A stretch of 64,000 nucleotides of DNA from Clostridium sp. CAG:508 (GCA_000435755.1 FR889109.1:88731-152730); one strand, 5' to 3'; shown: positions 36,048 through 46,109, counted from the stretch's first letter. Numbers and translations are program-made. The notes: a model not told the origin generated them from the letters alone.

Positions 36048-37271
36048 ATGGAATCTAATATAGCCAAAAGAATTGACAAGATAATATTAATTGCTTTAGT
36101 TATTTTTATGCTTATGCCATCAGAAATATCTATCTTTAACATTAGTATACTTAAGATTGAGACAATATTGATATCTATTATAATTGTATATTTGTTTTTT
36201 ATAAAAAGAGAAAGTGTTAAAGAGGCAATAAAAAATAAATTTATTATATGCAATTTTGTGTTTGCAAGTTCAATTGCTTTATCCATAATAGTTAACCATG
36301 AATCTATTTTATTTAATGATTTATATGAGATTGTAAAATATATATTGTATCCAATGATAACGTTAATAGTTATCGTTACCTGCTATAATAGTGAAAACTA
36401 TAAATTCATATTAAAGACAATTACAATATCAATGATTGTTATATGTACTTTTGGAATAATACAGTACTTCAATCCATTCTCTATAAATGAGTTATATATT
36501 GAGCAACTTGCACCGACTCAGTATGAAACATTAATAAATAATTATCCAACACCAAGAATAGTAGGAATAAAAACAAATCCAGCAGTGTATGGATTATTAG
36601 TAACAATGGGAATTTATTTTAATATATTATATTATAAATGTACCAAAAATAAAATTTTACCAATAACTTCAACAATACTATGTTTTATAAATTTAATGAT
36701 GACATTGACAAGAACTATTCAAATAGCTTTCATAATTTCCATTGTAGTTTATATGGCAATAACTATACTACAAAAAAAAGGATGGAAAAAATCAATTATA
36801 TACACAATAATAATAATTGCTATACTTCTAGTAGTGTTTTTTATTTTGCCACAAGAATTAACATGGAGACTAAAACAAGTTACTGATTTTCAAAATGCGT
36901 CTAGTTGGATAGGTCGAGTTGAAAAATGGAAGGATTATGGAGAAATTATAAAACAAAATTTATTATTTGGAATTGGACCAGTAAAAAATCATATTGATAA
37001 GTTAGGATACATAGATAGTGAATTAATACAAAATATTTTGCAATATGGAATAATTGGATTTGGAGCATATATTGTAATGTTATTATCACCATTATATGCT
37101 TATAAAAAAGATAAAGATAAAAACAAATATATAATAAGAAATTTTATACCAGTGCTATTGATGATTTTAATAAATAATATATCAGCCTCATCATTGATTT
37201 TATTTGATACGGCATGTGCAATATATATGTTTGTGGGTATGATGTTTATAGACAAAGAAAAGTTGAAATAA
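36048..37271 (+). CDS. O-antigen polymerase/ligase family membrane protein (Wzy-like)
   Basis: 407 aa with about 11 TM segments and a Wzy_C-like loop (MTLTRTIQIAF). Confidence 0.7.
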   Translation: MESNIAKRIDKIILIALVIFMLMPSEISIFNISILKIETILISIIIVYLFFIKRESVKEAIKNKFIICNFVFASSIALSIIVNHESILFNDLYEIVKYILYPMITLIVIVTCYNSENYKFILKTITISMIVICTFGIIQYFNPFSINELYIEQLAPTQYETLINNYPTPRIVGIKTNPAVYGLLVTMGIYFNILYYKCTKNKILPITSTILCFINLMMTLTRTIQIAFIISIVVYMAITILQKKGWKKSIIYTIIIIAILLVVFFILPQELTWRLKQVTDFQNASSWIGRVEKWKDYGEIIKQNLLFGIGPVKNHIDKLGYIDSELIQNILQYGIIGFGAYIVMLLSPLYAYKKDKDKNKYIIRNFIPVLLMILINNISASSLILFDTACAIYMFVGMMFIDKEKLK

Positions 37272-37296
37272 TCACAATAGAAAGGAAGACATAATA

Positions 37297-38724
37297 ATGA
37301 AAAATTTTTTCAAGAAATTTATAGGGTTTTCATTAGGACCAATTGTTGGAGCTATTATAAGTTTTATTACAGTTCCAGTAACGTCTCATTTAGTTTCAGC
37401 AGATCAATTTGGCTTATCAAATATGTTTACTATAGCAAACAGTATTATTACTCTTATTGTATTAGTTGGAATTGATCAAGCATATATTAGGGAATATAAT
37501 GAAACTAGAGATAAAAAAAAGCTATTATTTAATAGCTTTTTGGTACCGTTTATTGCTACAATTTGTGTAGGAGTTGTATTGATTTTATTTAGAACACAAT
37601 TTGCGCAAATATTGTTTAGTGACCAATCAATGATAAAGCCTATTGTTTTGTTGGCAATATGTACACCACTATTTATTATAGAGAAATTTATGCTCATTAA
37701 TTTGAGAATGGAAGAAAAAGCATTTCAGTATTCTTTATGGAATATCGTGTCAAAAGCTTTGAACCTAATTTTGACAGTTATATTTTTGATGTTATATAAA
37801 AGGAACTTTGAATCTATTATTTATGCAAGTATATTTTCTCAGCTGATAGTAAGTTTGATTTTATTATATGTATGCAGAAAAGATATTGGAATATCTAAAA
37901 CATACATTGATAAACAACAAATAGAATCAATTTTAAAATTTGGTTTACCATTAGTTCCAGCTACTTTAATAGGTTGGGGATTAACATCTATGGATAGTAT
38001 CTTTTTAAGGGCAATGACAACTTATACAGAACTTGGCTATTACACAGTAGCAATGAAAGTATCAAATGTATTAGCATTAATTCAATCAAGTTTTACCGCA
38101 TTTTGGCCGCCAATGGCTTTTAAATGGAGAGCAGAAGGTCAACCTAATAAAAAATTTGAATTGGTTAGTGATGGAATAGCTTTTGTAATGAGTATAATAT
38201 TGATTCTAGTGTTACTATTCAAAAACATTATACCAATAATTTTTGGTAGTGAATATGAAAATATTATATATATTATTCCTTTTTTATTATTTCATCCAAT
38301 CTTTTATACAATGAGTGAGACAACGACGTTGGGAATTGCTTTTTCAAAAAGAACATACTATAACATAATAGTGTCAGTAGTTTCGATGCTAACAAATTTT
38401 ATTTTAAATTGGATGTTGATACCAAGATATGGTGCAATAGGAGCTGCAATTGCAACAGGGATTTCTTATTTAGTGTTTTTTTGGACAAGAACGTTAATAT
38501 CAAGAAAATTGTGGTATAAATTTAAATTAAAGAAATTTATAGTGATAACTATAATACTACTAGGTATTTCATTAATAAATTGCATTATAAAAAACATTTA
38601 TATGATAACAGCAATCAATATTATAGGAATAGGATTAGTTTTATGTAACTATAGAAACTTGATACATAAGATGTTAATATATTTAAAAAATAAGAAAATA
38701 CAAAAGGAAAATAAAAAGATATGA
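37297..38724 (+). CDS. oligosaccharide flippase (Wzx, MOP superfamily)
   Basis: 475 aa with 12-14 TM segments and the N-terminal pattern of polysaccharide biosynthesis proteins. Confidence 0.75.
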   Translation: MKNFFKKFIGFSLGPIVGAIISFITVPVTSHLVSADQFGLSNMFTIANSIITLIVLVGIDQAYIREYNETRDKKKLLFNSFLVPFIATICVGVVLILFRTQFAQILFSDQSMIKPIVLLAICTPLFIIEKFMLINLRMEEKAFQYSLWNIVSKALNLILTVIFLMLYKRNFESIIYASIFSQLIVSLILLYVCRKDIGISKTYIDKQQIESILKFGLPLVPATLIGWGLTSMDSIFLRAMTTYTELGYYTVAMKVSNVLALIQSSFTAFWPPMAFKWRAEGQPNKKFELVSDGIAFVMSIILILVLLFKNIIPIIFGSEYENIIYIIPFLLFHPIFYTMSETTTLGIAFSKRTYYNIIVSVVSMLTNFILNWMLIPRYGAIGAAIATGISYLVFFWTRTLISRKLWYKFKLKKFIVITIILLGISLINCIIKNIYMITAINIIGIGLVLCNYRNLIHKMLIYLKNKKIQKENKKI

Positions 38725-39188
38725 TTATAAGAAAAATAAAAACATATATACTAAGAAAAATGTTTGGAAATTATTATTTAATAAACAAACCTAAAGATGT
38801 AAAAATAGCAAAAACAGTGGAAGTATCAAATCCAGAGAATATATATATAGGTTCAAACACTTATATTAATGGATATACAATGATGTGTGCTGGAAAAAAT
38901 TCAAAAATAATAATAGGCGAGGATTGTTTAATTTCATATCATGTTCATATTAGAACGACAACTCATAATTATGAAGACAAGAATGTTCTGATAAGAAATC
39001 AAGGACATAAAGAAAATGATATTATAATTGGAAATGATGTATGGATTGGTTTTGGCGCACAGATAATGAGTGGAATTACTATTGAGGATGGTGCTGTAAT
39101 TGCAGCTGGAGCAGTTGTAACAAAAAATGTTCCAAAGTATTCTGTGGTGGCAGGAGTACCAGCTAAAATAATAAAGTATAGAAAATAA
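38721..39188 (+). CDS. hexapeptide-repeat acetyltransferase (LacA/Maa-like O-acetyltransferase)
   Basis: 155 aa with the LbH repeat run [36 protein letters not shown]. Confidence 0.75.
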   Translation: MIIRKIKTYILRKMFGNYYLINKPKDVKIAKTVEVSNPENIYIGSNTYINGYTMMCAGKNSKIIIGEDCLISYHVHIRTTTHNYEDKNVLIRNQGHKENDIIIGNDVWIGFGAQIMSGITIEDGAVIAAGAVVTKNVPKYSVVAGVPAKIIKYRK

Positions 39189-39364
39189 CAACCGAAAAAC
39201 TGAAAAGTGAAAATGAAGTATAGAATATATATAGTTATTATTTTATGAATAATAGATATAAGAAATGTGAAAATAGCGAGATAAGGTCTATTTAGAATGA
39301 CTAAATAGGACTTTTACACTCACTAAAAATATATTAAAAAATAAAAATATAAAGGAGGAAAACA

Positions 39365-40840
39365 ATGTCACAAGGTAAAAGAATGAGAACGGAAGACACA
39401 GCTACAAGTAAGAAAGGAAGAAAAGATAACAAAGCATTAGATACTTTTTTTAAGCTAATAGCATTTGCGTATGTTGTAATTACAATAATTTTCTATATTG
39501 CTATATTAAAATTAAATTTGCTACCAGGTTGGGTAATAACAATATTTACAATTGCAGAAATAGTGTTTACATTAGCAATGGTAATAGGTTTAGTAAAGAG
39601 ACATAAAACGTACAAGCTAACAATAATTAGTTTAATAATTATCTTATTTGTTTCAGGAATATATATTTACGTAACAAACTATGCATTAGCAACTATTAGC
39701 TTTTTAGGAGATGTATTCCAAGAAACTAAAGAGACAGACGAATATTATTTAATTGTTAGAAAAGATAGTTCGTATGCTAAAATTGAAGACATAGAAAATA
39801 AAAACATTCATTTCTTCCAAGTAGCAGATGATGTAAAGTCTGAACTAACTAAGAAAGTAAGAGTTACATTAGTAAATCAAGAAAACTTATTAGATTTAGG
39901 TAATAAGTTAATTGACAAAAATGTTGATGTAATATTAACTAGTGCTACACAATATAGTATGTTAGGCGATGAAATAAAGAATTTCAAAGAGAGTACAAAA
40001 ATACTTTATACTATAAAACATGAAATCCAAACAAATACAAAAGCGGAAGATGCAAATTCTAAATATAATATTAAAAGTGGAAAGTTTAATGTATATATTA
40101 GTGGAATAGATACATCTGGAAATATAAGTAATGTATCAAGAAGTGATGCTAATATTTTAATGAGTATTAATACTAATACACATGAAGCACTATTAACATC
40201 AATTCCTAGAGATTATTATGTTACACTTCATAGTTATGGAGCAAAAGACAAATTAACTCATTCAGGAATATATGGTGTAAATGAAACTGTTAAAACGGCA
40301 GAAGATTTGCTTGATACTGATATAAATTATTATGTAAGAGTTAACTTTACAACAGTAATTAAACTAGTTGATAAATTAGGTGGAATTGATGTATATTCAG
40401 ATTATAATTTTTCAAGAAATGGATATAATTTTAAAAAAGGATATAACCATATAAATGGAGATGCTGCTTTGGTATTTAGTAGAGAAAGGTATTCTTTTGC
40501 AGGAGGAGACAACCAAAGAGTTAAAAATCAGCAACATGTTATTGAGGCTGTTATGAAAAAGGTATTAAATAGTACTACTTTATTAACTAAATATACAGAT
40601 ATCTTAGACTCATTAAAAGGAAGTTTTCAAACTAATATTGCTCAAGATGATATTAGTTCATTAGTAAAAGATCAAATAAACAATATGTCTTCATGGACAA
40701 TAAAATCAAATTCTTTAACAGGTACAGGTGCAAGTTCATCAACATATTCAATGGGAAGCACAAAACTATATGTAATGGTACCAAATTCAACATCAGTAAC
40801 ATCTGCTAAAGAAAAAATTGATGAAGTATTAGGAGAGTAA
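39365..40840 (+). CDS. LytR-CpsA-Psr (LCP) family glycopolymer-peptidoglycan ligase
   Basis: N-terminal TM segments, then an LCP core (SDANILMSIN, LTSIPRDYYV, SRERYSFAGGDNQR). Confidence 0.88.
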   Translation: MSQGKRMRTEDTATSKKGRKDNKALDTFFKLIAFAYVVITIIFYIAILKLNLLPGWVITIFTIAEIVFTLAMVIGLVKRHKTYKLTIISLIIILFVSGIYIYVTNYALATISFLGDVFQETKETDEYYLIVRKDSSYAKIEDIENKNIHFFQVADDVKSELTKKVRVTLVNQENLLDLGNKLIDKNVDVILTSATQYSMLGDEIKNFKESTKILYTIKHEIQTNTKAEDANSKYNIKSGKFNVYISGIDTSGNISNVSRSDANILMSINTNTHEALLTSIPRDYYVTLHSYGAKDKLTHSGIYGVNETVKTAEDLLDTDINYYVRVNFTTVIKLVDKLGGIDVYSDYNFSRNGYNFKKGYNHINGDAALVFSRERYSFAGGDNQRVKNQQHVIEAVMKKVLNSTTLLTKYTDILDSLKGSFQTNIAQDDISSLVKDQINNMSSWTIKSNSLTGTGASSSTYSMGSTKLYVMVPNSTSVTSAKEKIDEVLGE

Positions 40841-40856
40841 GAGTGATAGATAAGTA

Positions 40857-40891
40857 GAAGAGAAATGATAGATCATTTCTCTTCTATTTTT
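40857..40891 (+). terminator. intrinsic terminator after the LCP gene
   Basis: GAAGAGAAATGAT pairs with ATCATTTCTCTTC, followed by TATTTTT. Confidence 0.8.
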
Positions 40892-40916
40892 GTAGAATTT
40901 TGTCGAACGATTTTTC

Positions 40917-40945
40917 TTGACAATGACTACAAATGACTATATTAT
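40917..40945 (+). promoter_or_regulatory. near-consensus promoter upstream of hicAB (distal)
   Basis: TTGACA (40917-40922), 17-nt spacer made of the direct repeat ATGACTA-CAA-ATGACTA, TATTAT (40940-40945). Confidence 0.5.
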
Positions 40946-41019
40946 ATATTCATAATTAAAATCATTTAATTTTTAAATCTTAAAAAATTTCCAAACACAA
41001 ATAAAAATTAAAAAACTTA

Positions 41020-41048
41020 TTGACAATACGTATTATACGTGCTAATAT
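41020..41048 (+). promoter_or_regulatory. near-consensus promoter/operator upstream of hicAB (proximal)
   Basis: TTGACA (41020-41025), 17-nt spacer containing the palindrome ATACGTAT, TGC-TAATAT (41043-48). The predicted TSS would leave almost no 5' UTR. Confidence 0.45.
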
Positions 41049-41063
41049 TAAGAAAGGAGCAAT

Positions 41064-41259
41064 ATGACATTTATTGAGTTAGAAAAGATACTAAAGAAAG
41101 ATGGATGGTATTACTATGATTCTGTTGGCTCTCATATACAATATAGACACAGAACGAAGCCGCGGAAAAGTAACAATACCTAAACATAGAGGAGATATAA
41201 AAAAAGGAACCTTGAATGCGATATTAAAGCAAGCAGGGATTAAGGAGGTAAAACAATGA
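41064..41259 (+). pseudogene. hicA: HicA mRNA-interferase toxin, disrupted by a +1 frameshift
   Basis: Frame 1 reads MTFIELEKILKKDGWYYYDSVGSHIQYRHRTKP, then stops at 41181-83. From 41164 the next frame reads GKVTIPKHRGDIKKGTLNAILKQAGIKEVKQ. An extra C at 41163 separates them. The stop overlaps the hicB ATG (ATGA). Confidence 0.8.
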
Positions 41260-41660
41260 AAGTTGTTTATCCAGCATGTTTTTATAAAGAAAAAGATGGA
41301 GGGTTTAGCGTGCAATTTCCAGATTTATTAGGTTGCTGTACACAAGGAGATACTCTAGAAGAGGCAATTCAAATGGCAGAAGATGCTGCGCTAGGTTGGT
41401 TATTAACATCAGTAGAAAATAATGAAGAAGTGCCAAAAGCAAGTGATATAAAGGATGTAAAACTAGAAAATGAAAATGGATTTGTAACTTTATTATTGCT
41501 TGACTTAGGAGCATATAGTCAAAAATATGGGAGTAGAAAGTCGGTAAAGAAGAATCTTACAATACCATTTTGGTTAAATGAAAGAGCAGAGAAATTAAAT
41601 ATTAACTTTTCAAAAACACTGCAAGATGCATTAATGGAGAAAGTGTTAAAAAATAAATAA
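41256..41660 (+). CDS. hicB: HicB antitoxin with a C-terminal ribbon-helix-helix-like DNA-binding tail
   Basis: HicB/UPF0150 N-terminal fold (YPACFYKEKDGGFSVQFPDLLGCCTQGDTLEEA). The C-terminal KKNLTIPFWLNERAEKL is RHH-like. Confidence 0.85.
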   Translation: MKVVYPACFYKEKDGGFSVQFPDLLGCCTQGDTLEEAIQMAEDAALGWLLTSVENNEEVPKASDIKDVKLENENGFVTLLLLDLGAYSQKYGSRKSVKKNLTIPFWLNERAEKLNINFSKTLQDALMEKVLKNK

Positions 41661-41676
41661 AAAATTTCACAATAAA

Positions 41677-41705
41677 TAGACAAAAAAGTAAATATGATAT
41701 ATAAT
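41677..41705 (+). promoter_or_regulatory. sigma-A type promoter of plsC
   Basis: TAGACA (41677-41682), 17 nt, TATAAT (41700-41705). Confidence 0.45.
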
Positions 41706-41759
41706 TTTAAAGGAGTGCAAATTCGCATTCCTTTAAGTTGTATTTGAGGAGAAACAGAA

Positions 41760-42338
41760 ATGCTTAGAAGTGTAATAGTATTTTTAGTACATATATTTTC
41801 AGTAATTGTATTTAGAGTAAAATTAGTGGGAAAGGAAAACGTTCCAAAAGAAGGAGCATATATTATGTGTGCTAATCACCAATCCAATTGGGATGCACCA
41901 ATTTTAGTTTCTTCCACTAAACGAAAGATGCATGTTATGGCAAAAGAAGAACTATTTAAAAATAAGTTTATATATTGGTTAGGAGATAAGTGCCTTGTAT
42001 TTCCTGTTAAAAGAGGAAAAATGGACTTAGACTCTATGAAGCATTCTTTAAAAGTATTAAAAGATGGAGAAATACTGATGCTATTTCCAGAAGGAACAAG
42101 AAAGGGAATGGCTAAAAATGGTAGAGCACAAAATGGTGCAGCATTTATGGCATTAAGAACTGGAGTTCCAGTAATTCCAGTAAATATTTCTGGAGAAATG
42201 AAGCCATTTCATAAAGTAACTATATATTATGGAAAACCTTTAGATTTTAGTGAATATAAAACTAGCAAACCGGAAAAAGAAGTTCTAGAAAAGGTAAGTA
42301 AAGAAATAATGGATAATATTATAATGCTAGAAAAGTAG
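41760..42338 (+). CDS. plsC: 1-acyl-sn-glycerol-3-phosphate acyltransferase
   Basis: NHQSNWD (HX4D) and FPEGTR motifs. Confidence 0.88.
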   Translation: MLRSVIVFLVHIFSVIVFRVKLVGKENVPKEGAYIMCANHQSNWDAPILVSSTKRKMHVMAKEELFKNKFIYWLGDKCLVFPVKRGKMDLDSMKHSLKVLKDGEILMLFPEGTRKGMAKNGRAQNGAAFMALRTGVPVIPVNISGEMKPFHKVTIYYGKPLDFSEYKTSKPEKEVLEKVSKEIMDNIIMLEK

Positions 42339-42361
42339 CTATATATGAAGAAGAGGGAAAC

Positions 42362-42826
42362 ATGAATATATACAGAATTTTAAATATATTAAATATAAAA
42401 TACAAATTGTTGGAGCATCCACCAGTATGTACGAGAAAAGATGCAAAAGTTATAAAAGATAAATTAAATGGAACAGAATGTAATAATTATTTTGTTAAAG
42501 ATCAAATAGGAAACTACTTTTTATTGGTATTTGAAGAAAGCAAGACTGTGAATTTAAAAACTTTAGCACAAAAATTGAGATTATTACCTTTAAGCTTTGC
42601 AACTGAACTTGATTTACTAGGAGTTTTTAGAATAAGAGATAGAAAAGTTACACCATTTGCAATAGTTAATGATTTTGACAATCAAGTAAAACTAATAATT
42701 GATAGCAAGTTAAGAGATAAAATTCTTTTATTCCATCCAGATGGAAATACTAAAACTTTGGCGATAAGATTTAATAGTTTGGTAAAATTCATTGAACGTG
42801 AAGAACACAAATGTATATATATTTAA
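42362..42826 (+). CDS. YbaK/ProX-type aminoacyl-tRNA trans-editing domain protein
   Basis: 154 aa with the YbaK-fold pattern (EHPPVCTRKDA, NYFVKD, VTPFAIVND). Confidence 0.65.
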   Translation: MNIYRILNILNIKYKLLEHPPVCTRKDAKVIKDKLNGTECNNYFVKDQIGNYFLLVFEESKTVNLKTLAQKLRLLPLSFATELDLLGVFRIRDRKVTPFAIVNDFDNQVKLIIDSKLRDKILLFHPDGNTKTLAIRFNSLVKFIEREEHKCIYI

Positions 42827-42837
42827 TTGATATTATG

Positions 42838-42866
42838 TTGACAAATGTTTGCTACTAGAGTATAAT
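42838..42866 (+). promoter_or_regulatory. sigma-A type promoter of typA
   Basis: TTGACA (42838-42843), 17 nt, TATAAT (42861-42866). Confidence 0.65.
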
Positions 42867-42907
42867 TGAAATGTTGAACTAAAAAATAGAGATAGAGGTA
42901 ATAAAAA

Positions 42908-44731
42908 ATGAATAATCAAAATATTAGAAACATAGCAATAATTGCACACGTAGATCATGGAAAAACTACATTAGTTGATGCTCTTTTAAGACAAAGCCAT
43001 GTGTTTAGAGAAAATGAGCAAGTAGCTGAAAGAGTAATGGACTCAGGAGATATTGAAAAAGAAAGAGGAATTACAATTCTTTCTAAAAATACATCAGTTA
43101 TGTATAATGGGATAAAAATAAATATAGTAGATACGCCCGGCCATGCTGATTTTGGAGGAGAAGTAGAACGTGTACTTAAAATGGTAGACGGTGTACTTTT
43201 ATTAGTTGATGCCTTTGAAGGACCAATGCCTCAAACTAGAGAAGTTTTAAAGAAATCTTTAGCATTAAATTTAAAACCAATTGTTGTTATAAACAAAATA
43301 GATAGACCAGGTGCAGATCCACTAAAAGTTGTTGATAAAGTTTTAGAGTTATTTATTGAATTAAATGCAAATGATGAACAACTAGATTTCCCAGTTGTAT
43401 ATGCATCTGCCAAAAATGGAATAGCTAAAATGAATCTAACAGATGAAAGTGATAATGTAACATGTATTTTTGACACAATTATCAAAAATATAAATCCACC
43501 AGCATGTGAGCAAGAAGGAACAATGCAATTATTAGTTTCTAATATTGACTATGATGATTATTTAGGAAGACTAGCAGTTGGTAGAGTAGAACGTGGAACA
43601 ATTAAAGCAGGACAAAGTGTTGCAGTTTGTAAAAAAGATGACAAAGTAACACAAGGAAAAATTGCTAAATTATTTACTTATCAAGGTCTAAAAAGAACAG
43701 AAGTTGAAGAAGTTGGTGCTGGAGATATAGTATGTATTTCAGGTATTGGTGATATCAACATTGGAGAAACTGTTTGTGATATAAATAATCCAGAAAAAAT
43801 CGATTTTGTTGATATTGATGAACCAACAGTATCTATGACATTTAGTGTTAACAATGGACCTTTAGCAGGTAAAGAGGGACAATTTGTTACATCAAGACAT
43901 ATTCGTGATAGACTATTTAAAGAACTTGAAAGAAATGTAAGTTTACGTGTAAAAGAAACAGACACACCAGATAGTTTTGAAGTATGTGGACGTGGAGAAT
44001 TACACTTATCAGTATTAATAGAAACAATGAGAAGAGAAGGATTTGAACTTTTAGTATCTCGTCCAAAAGTTATATTTAAAGAAATTGATGGCGTAAAATG
44101 TGAACCAATGGAAAGATTGGTTGTAAATGTACCAGATGATTGTATAGGAAATGTTATTGAAAAATTAGGTAGAAGAAAAGCTGAAATGGCAAACATGGAA
44201 CCAGCTGAAGCAGGACATACTAAAATAGAATTTAGAATTCCAGCAAGAGGTTTAATTGGATATCGTACAGAGTTCTTAACTGATACAAAAGGTGAAGGAA
44301 CTATGAACAGCATATTTGATAATTATGAGCCATATAAAGGTGAAATTCAAGCAAGAACAAGAGGAGTTTTAGTAGCATTTGAACCAGGAATATCAATTAC
44401 TTATGGACTATACAATGCACAAGAAAGAGGAGAACTATTAATTGGCGCAGGTGTTGAGGTGTATGAGGGAATGATAGTTGGTATAAACTCTAGAAATGAA
44501 GACATATCTATAAATGTATGTAAAGAAAAACACTTAACAAATACTAGAGCTTCAGGTTCTGATGATGCACTTCGTTTAGTACCACCAGTACAAATGTCAT
44601 TAGAAAAAGCTATTGAATTTATTGCAGAAGATGAATTGGTTGAAGTAACGCCAAAAAATATTCGTCTAAGAAAGAAAATATTAAATAATAAAGATAGAGA
44701 AAGAATGGCAAGAAGAGCTACAGCAGAGTAG
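42908..44731 (+). CDS. typA: translational GTPase TypA/BipA
   Basis: AHVDHGKTT, DTPGHADFGGE and NKIDR motifs, with an EF-G-like domain order. 607 aa. Confidence 0.96.
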   Translation: MNNQNIRNIAIIAHVDHGKTTLVDALLRQSHVFRENEQVAERVMDSGDIEKERGITILSKNTSVMYNGIKINIVDTPGHADFGGEVERVLKMVDGVLLLVDAFEGPMPQTREVLKKSLALNLKPIVVINKIDRPGADPLKVVDKVLELFIELNANDEQLDFPVVYASAKNGIAKMNLTDESDNVTCIFDTIIKNINPPACEQEGTMQLLVSNIDYDDYLGRLAVGRVERGTIKAGQSVAVCKKDDKVTQGKIAKLFTYQGLKRTEVEEVGAGDIVCISGIGDINIGETVCDINNPEKIDFVDIDEPTVSMTFSVNNGPLAGKEGQFVTSRHIRDRLFKELERNVSLRVKETDTPDSFEVCGRGELHLSVLIETMRREGFELLVSRPKVIFKEIDGVKCEPMERLVVNVPDDCIGNVIEKLGRRKAEMANMEPAEAGHTKIEFRIPARGLIGYRTEFLTDTKGEGTMNSIFDNYEPYKGEIQARTRGVLVAFEPGISITYGLYNAQERGELLIGAGVEVYEGMIVGINSRNEDISINVCKEKHLTNTRASGSDDALRLVPPVQMSLEKAIEFIAEDELVEVTPKNIRLRKKILNNKDRERMARRATAE

Positions 44732-44739
44732 AGGAAAAT

Positions 44740-45330
44740 ATGAATAGCGTTGAATTAGAAAAAATTAAGAAAAAAGCACTAGAAGATAAAGTACCAATTA
44801 TAATGGATGATACTTTAGAAGTTGTTGCTAAAATCTTAACTGAAATTAAACCAAATAAAATATTGGAAATAGGGACAGCAGTTGGCTATTCAGCCATCTG
44901 CTTTTCAGAATATTTGCAAGAAAATGGCAAAATAGATACAATTGAAAGAGATACAGAAAGAGTAAAAGAAGCAAGAGAAAATATAAAAAAGGCAGAGGTA
45001 GAAGATAAAATAAATATATATGAAGGCGACGCAGTAGAAATTTTACCAACTTTAAATGATGAATATGATGTTGTATTTATAGACGCTGCAAAGGGAAAAT
45101 ATCCATTCTTTTTGAATCAGGCGTTAAGAATGATAAGACAAGGTGGAGTAATAATTGCAGATAATGTGCTATATAAAGGATATGTTATGAGTGATTACAA
45201 TAAACACAAACAAAGAACTGCAGTTAGAAATTTAAGAGAATATATTGCCGAGATTACTAATAATGATAAATTAGAAACAAAAATATTAGAAGTAGGAGAC
45301 GGACTTGCAATATCAAAGGTAACCAATTAA
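44740..45330 (+). CDS. class I SAM-dependent O-methyltransferase (YrrM/TrmR-like)
   Basis: ILEIGTAVGYS SAM motif and FIDAAKGKY. The gene is near a U32 peptidase gene, as in B. subtilis yrrMNO. Confidence 0.7.
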   Translation: MNSVELEKIKKKALEDKVPIIMDDTLEVVAKILTEIKPNKILEIGTAVGYSAICFSEYLQENGKIDTIERDTERVKEARENIKKAEVEDKINIYEGDAVEILPTLNDEYDVVFIDAAKGKYPFFLNQALRMIRQGGVIIADNVLYKGYVMSDYNKHKQRTAVRNLREYIAEITNNDKLETKILEVGDGLAISKVTN

Positions 45331-45339
45331 GGTTACCTT

Positions 45340-45888
45340 TTAATTTAAATATCTTACACAAGAAGCAATTGTATCGACTACTAATATGACTGAAAATGAG
45401 TAGACTAAAATAATCTGTAAAATGTATGGAATTTTAGAAAGTATAATATTCACATGCTTTTTGAAAAATGGGTATACGTGATTTATAAATAATATTGCAA
45501 TAATACCCCAAGCAAATGAATAAAAAATACTAATACGTCCATTTAAGTTGAAAAATTCATTTGTATAATCCCACCAGTGCATTGCGAACATTGCGTCTAA
45601 AATGTAGCTTACAAAATATTCAAAGGCAGAGAAAACAACTGCAGAATATATAAAAAGTTTAAAATTATGTTTTTGGTATTTATTAAAAAATATAATAAGC
45701 ATTAAAGCTCCATATCCATATATAGGGCAAATAGGACCATATAGGAACCCTCTTTTTACAAAATGACCTAAGTTATATATAGCATACAAAGTTTCCATAA
45801 CCCAGCCTAAAAATGCAAATAAAAAGAAATACAAAATAAGTAATTGAATTCTATTTAATTTCACTTTCTTTTTTGAAACAGTTTCCAT
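45340..45888 (-). CDS. polytopic membrane protein (putative ABC-transporter type IV / CmpB-like family)
   Basis: 182 aa with 5-6 TM segments and GWVMETLY...RGFLYGPICPIYGYGA. The family call is by recognition only. Confidence 0.55.
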   Translation of the reverse strand: METVSKKKVKLNRIQLLILYFFLFAFLGWVMETLYAIYNLGHFVKRGFLYGPICPIYGYGALMLIIFFNKYQKHNFKLFIYSAVVFSAFEYFVSYILDAMFAMHWWDYTNEFFNLNGRISIFYSFAWGIIAILFINHVYPFFKKHVNIILSKIPYILQIILVYSFSVILVVDTIASCVRYLN

Positions 45889-45955
45889 ATAAAAATCTCC
45901 TACTTAAAACTAGTAATATATTATCAAATTTTAATGAAAAAGTAAAGCAAAATTA

Positions 45956-45984
45956 TTGACATATTTTAACTTTTGGTGTAATAT
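45956..45984 (+). promoter_or_regulatory. promoter of a short orphan transcription unit
   Basis: TTGACA (45956-45961), 17 nt, TAATAT (45979-45984). Confidence 0.45.
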
Positions 45985-45990
45985 AAATAT

Positions 45991-46079
45991 ATACTAAGAA
46001 AAGTAATTTTTCTTAATAAAGAAGTTTAATGTATGAATCAAAAGAAAAATCTCACGAATGCGCTTTCGTGAGATTTTTT
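45991..46079 (+). ncRNA. candidate small RNA or leader (promoter-to-terminator unit of ~90 nt)
   Basis: Bounded by the promoter at 45956-45984 and the terminator at 46045-46079. It has an internal hairpin (AAGAAAA-GTAA-TTTTCTT). A separate promoter for the U32 gene follows at 46081-46109. Confidence 0.3.
46045..46079. terminator. strong symmetric intrinsic terminator inside a divergent intergenic region
   Basis: 14-bp stem (AAAAATCTCACGAA with TTCGTGAGATTTTT), loop TGCGCT, with an A-run and a T-run on the two sides. Confidence 0.75.
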
Positions 46080-46080
46080 A

Positions 46081-46109
46081 TGGACAAAATATGACAAATA
46101 TTGTATAAT
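46081..46109 (+). promoter_or_regulatory. promoter of the U32 peptidase gene
   Basis: TGGACA (46081-46086), 17 nt, TATAAT (46104-46109). Confidence 0.45.

Noticed and set aside
36041-36886. Small ORFs 36041-36286 (-) and 36680-36886 (+) within the Wzy gene.
   Set aside because: Both are embedded in the polytopic Wzy-like reading frame and lack ribosome-binding sites.
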